A stretch of 64,000 nucleotides of DNA from an uncultured Spirochaetota bacterium (GTDB lineage: Bacteria > Spirochaetota > Brevinematia > Brevinematales > JAOACQ01): NCBI GenBank assembly GCA_963835575.1, contig CAWIGG010000003.1, positions 128,001 to 192,000 on the forward strand. The letters are read 5' to 3'. Under the pieces are notes generated by a model that worked only from the letters and a program-made list of their open reading frames with translations, was not told the DNA's origin and did no database searches. Below, in pieces: positions 63,309 through 64,000 of this stretch. The position numbers and the translations under genes were made by a program. Each line of letters starts with the position of its first letter. The stretch's first letter is position 1.

Positions 63309-64000
63309 GTAACTATCCAGCCACTAAAAAATAGTCACATGAAATATTTGCATTGAGCATGAAACCATGCTATTCTATAGCATGAATGAAGATAGAAGAG
63401 AAAAAGACTGTGCGGCCTGCTTAAAACGATTTGAAGGCATCATTGCTGATTTACAAAACCAGATAAAGGAGCAGGGTTTAATCATTCAAAGACAAGCGGA
63501 AAAGATTAAGAAATTGGAAGAACAGCTTAATAAGGACAGCCATAACAGCAATAAACCGCCGTCTTCCGATAATCCATTCCAAAATACAGTAAAGAATTTA
63601 CGGAAAAAGAGCGGTAAAAAACAAGGCGGCCAGTTTGGACATAAGGGAAATACTCTGAAGAAAGTAGAAAGCCCTGATAAGATCATAGAACATCAGGTTG
63701 AAAAATGTTCCTGTTGTGGAATTGATTTAAGTTCCGAATCAGTTAAGCGGACGGAAAGAAGGCAGGTGTTCGATATACCTCCGATAAAAGTGGAAGTTAC
63801 CGAACATCGCTCGGAAGTAAAAGATTGTCCGCATTGCGGTGCGAGAGTAACGGCGGAGTTTCCGGAAGGCATAACCAATAAGGCACAGTATGGAAAAAAC
63901 ATTAAAGCGCATCTGGTCTATATGAAAACATATGGGTTGATACCCTATGAAAGGCTTTCGGAATACGCCGAATGTTTATTGGGAGTGCCGCTCAGCAAGG
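63309..64000 (+). mobile_element. IS66 family element (runs off window)
   Basis: Left end GTAACTATCCAG followed by the transposase ORF. Confidence 0.88.
63382..64000 (+). CDS. IS66 transposase (3' partial, absent from ORF track)
   Basis: Coiled coil, KDSHNSNKPPSSD, GGQFGHKG, CSCCG, RQVFDIP, CPHCG, AQYG. Confidence 0.92.
   Translation, partial: MNEDRREKDCAACLKRFEGIIADLQNQIKEQGLIIQRQAEKIKKLEEQLNKDSHNSNKPPSSDNPFQNTVKNLRKKSGKKQGGQFGHKGNTLKKVESPDKIIEHQVEKCSCCGIDLSSESVKRTERRQVFDIPPIKVEVTEHRSEVKDCPHCGARVTAEFPEGITNKAQYGKNIKAHLVYMKTYGLIPYERLSEYAECLLGVPLSK

Overview
64 kb of bacterial chromosome, most likely from a spirochete: two spirochete-type FlaB flagellins, Bat-type genes and a LIC_10190-like membrane protein point that way, but this is inference from protein features only. 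Core genes are recG (partial), 2x flaB, phoH plus a 7TM-HD phosphodiesterase and batA, murE, clpS, a trpE-chorismate mutase-(2 methyltransferases, GNAT)-trpGD-trpC operon, dinB, a surface glycosylation cluster, mnmG and metF-paaK-ACT. Several items are missing from the ORF track. These are an ORF-less group IIC intron behind a cellulase terminator, with a damaged domain V and a foreign hairpin in domain I; a Phe/Trp attenuator leader peptide (FFFWWWF); a solo integron-type cassette carrying an FRG-domain gene; an IS1182/IS5-like element with a 6-bp target duplication that splits a GGDEF gene; and an IS66 element at the right edge. Two tandem GH5 cellulases have apparently identical catalytic-domain DNA but different CBMs and share a double-palindrome operator. 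There is also a duplicated promoter plus small-RNA module, an EVE/PUA-like nuclease paired with an m6A methyltransferase, and several nested families of small intergenic repeats. No rRNA, tRNA or CRISPR array was seen. All calls and counts are by eye; no database searches were run.
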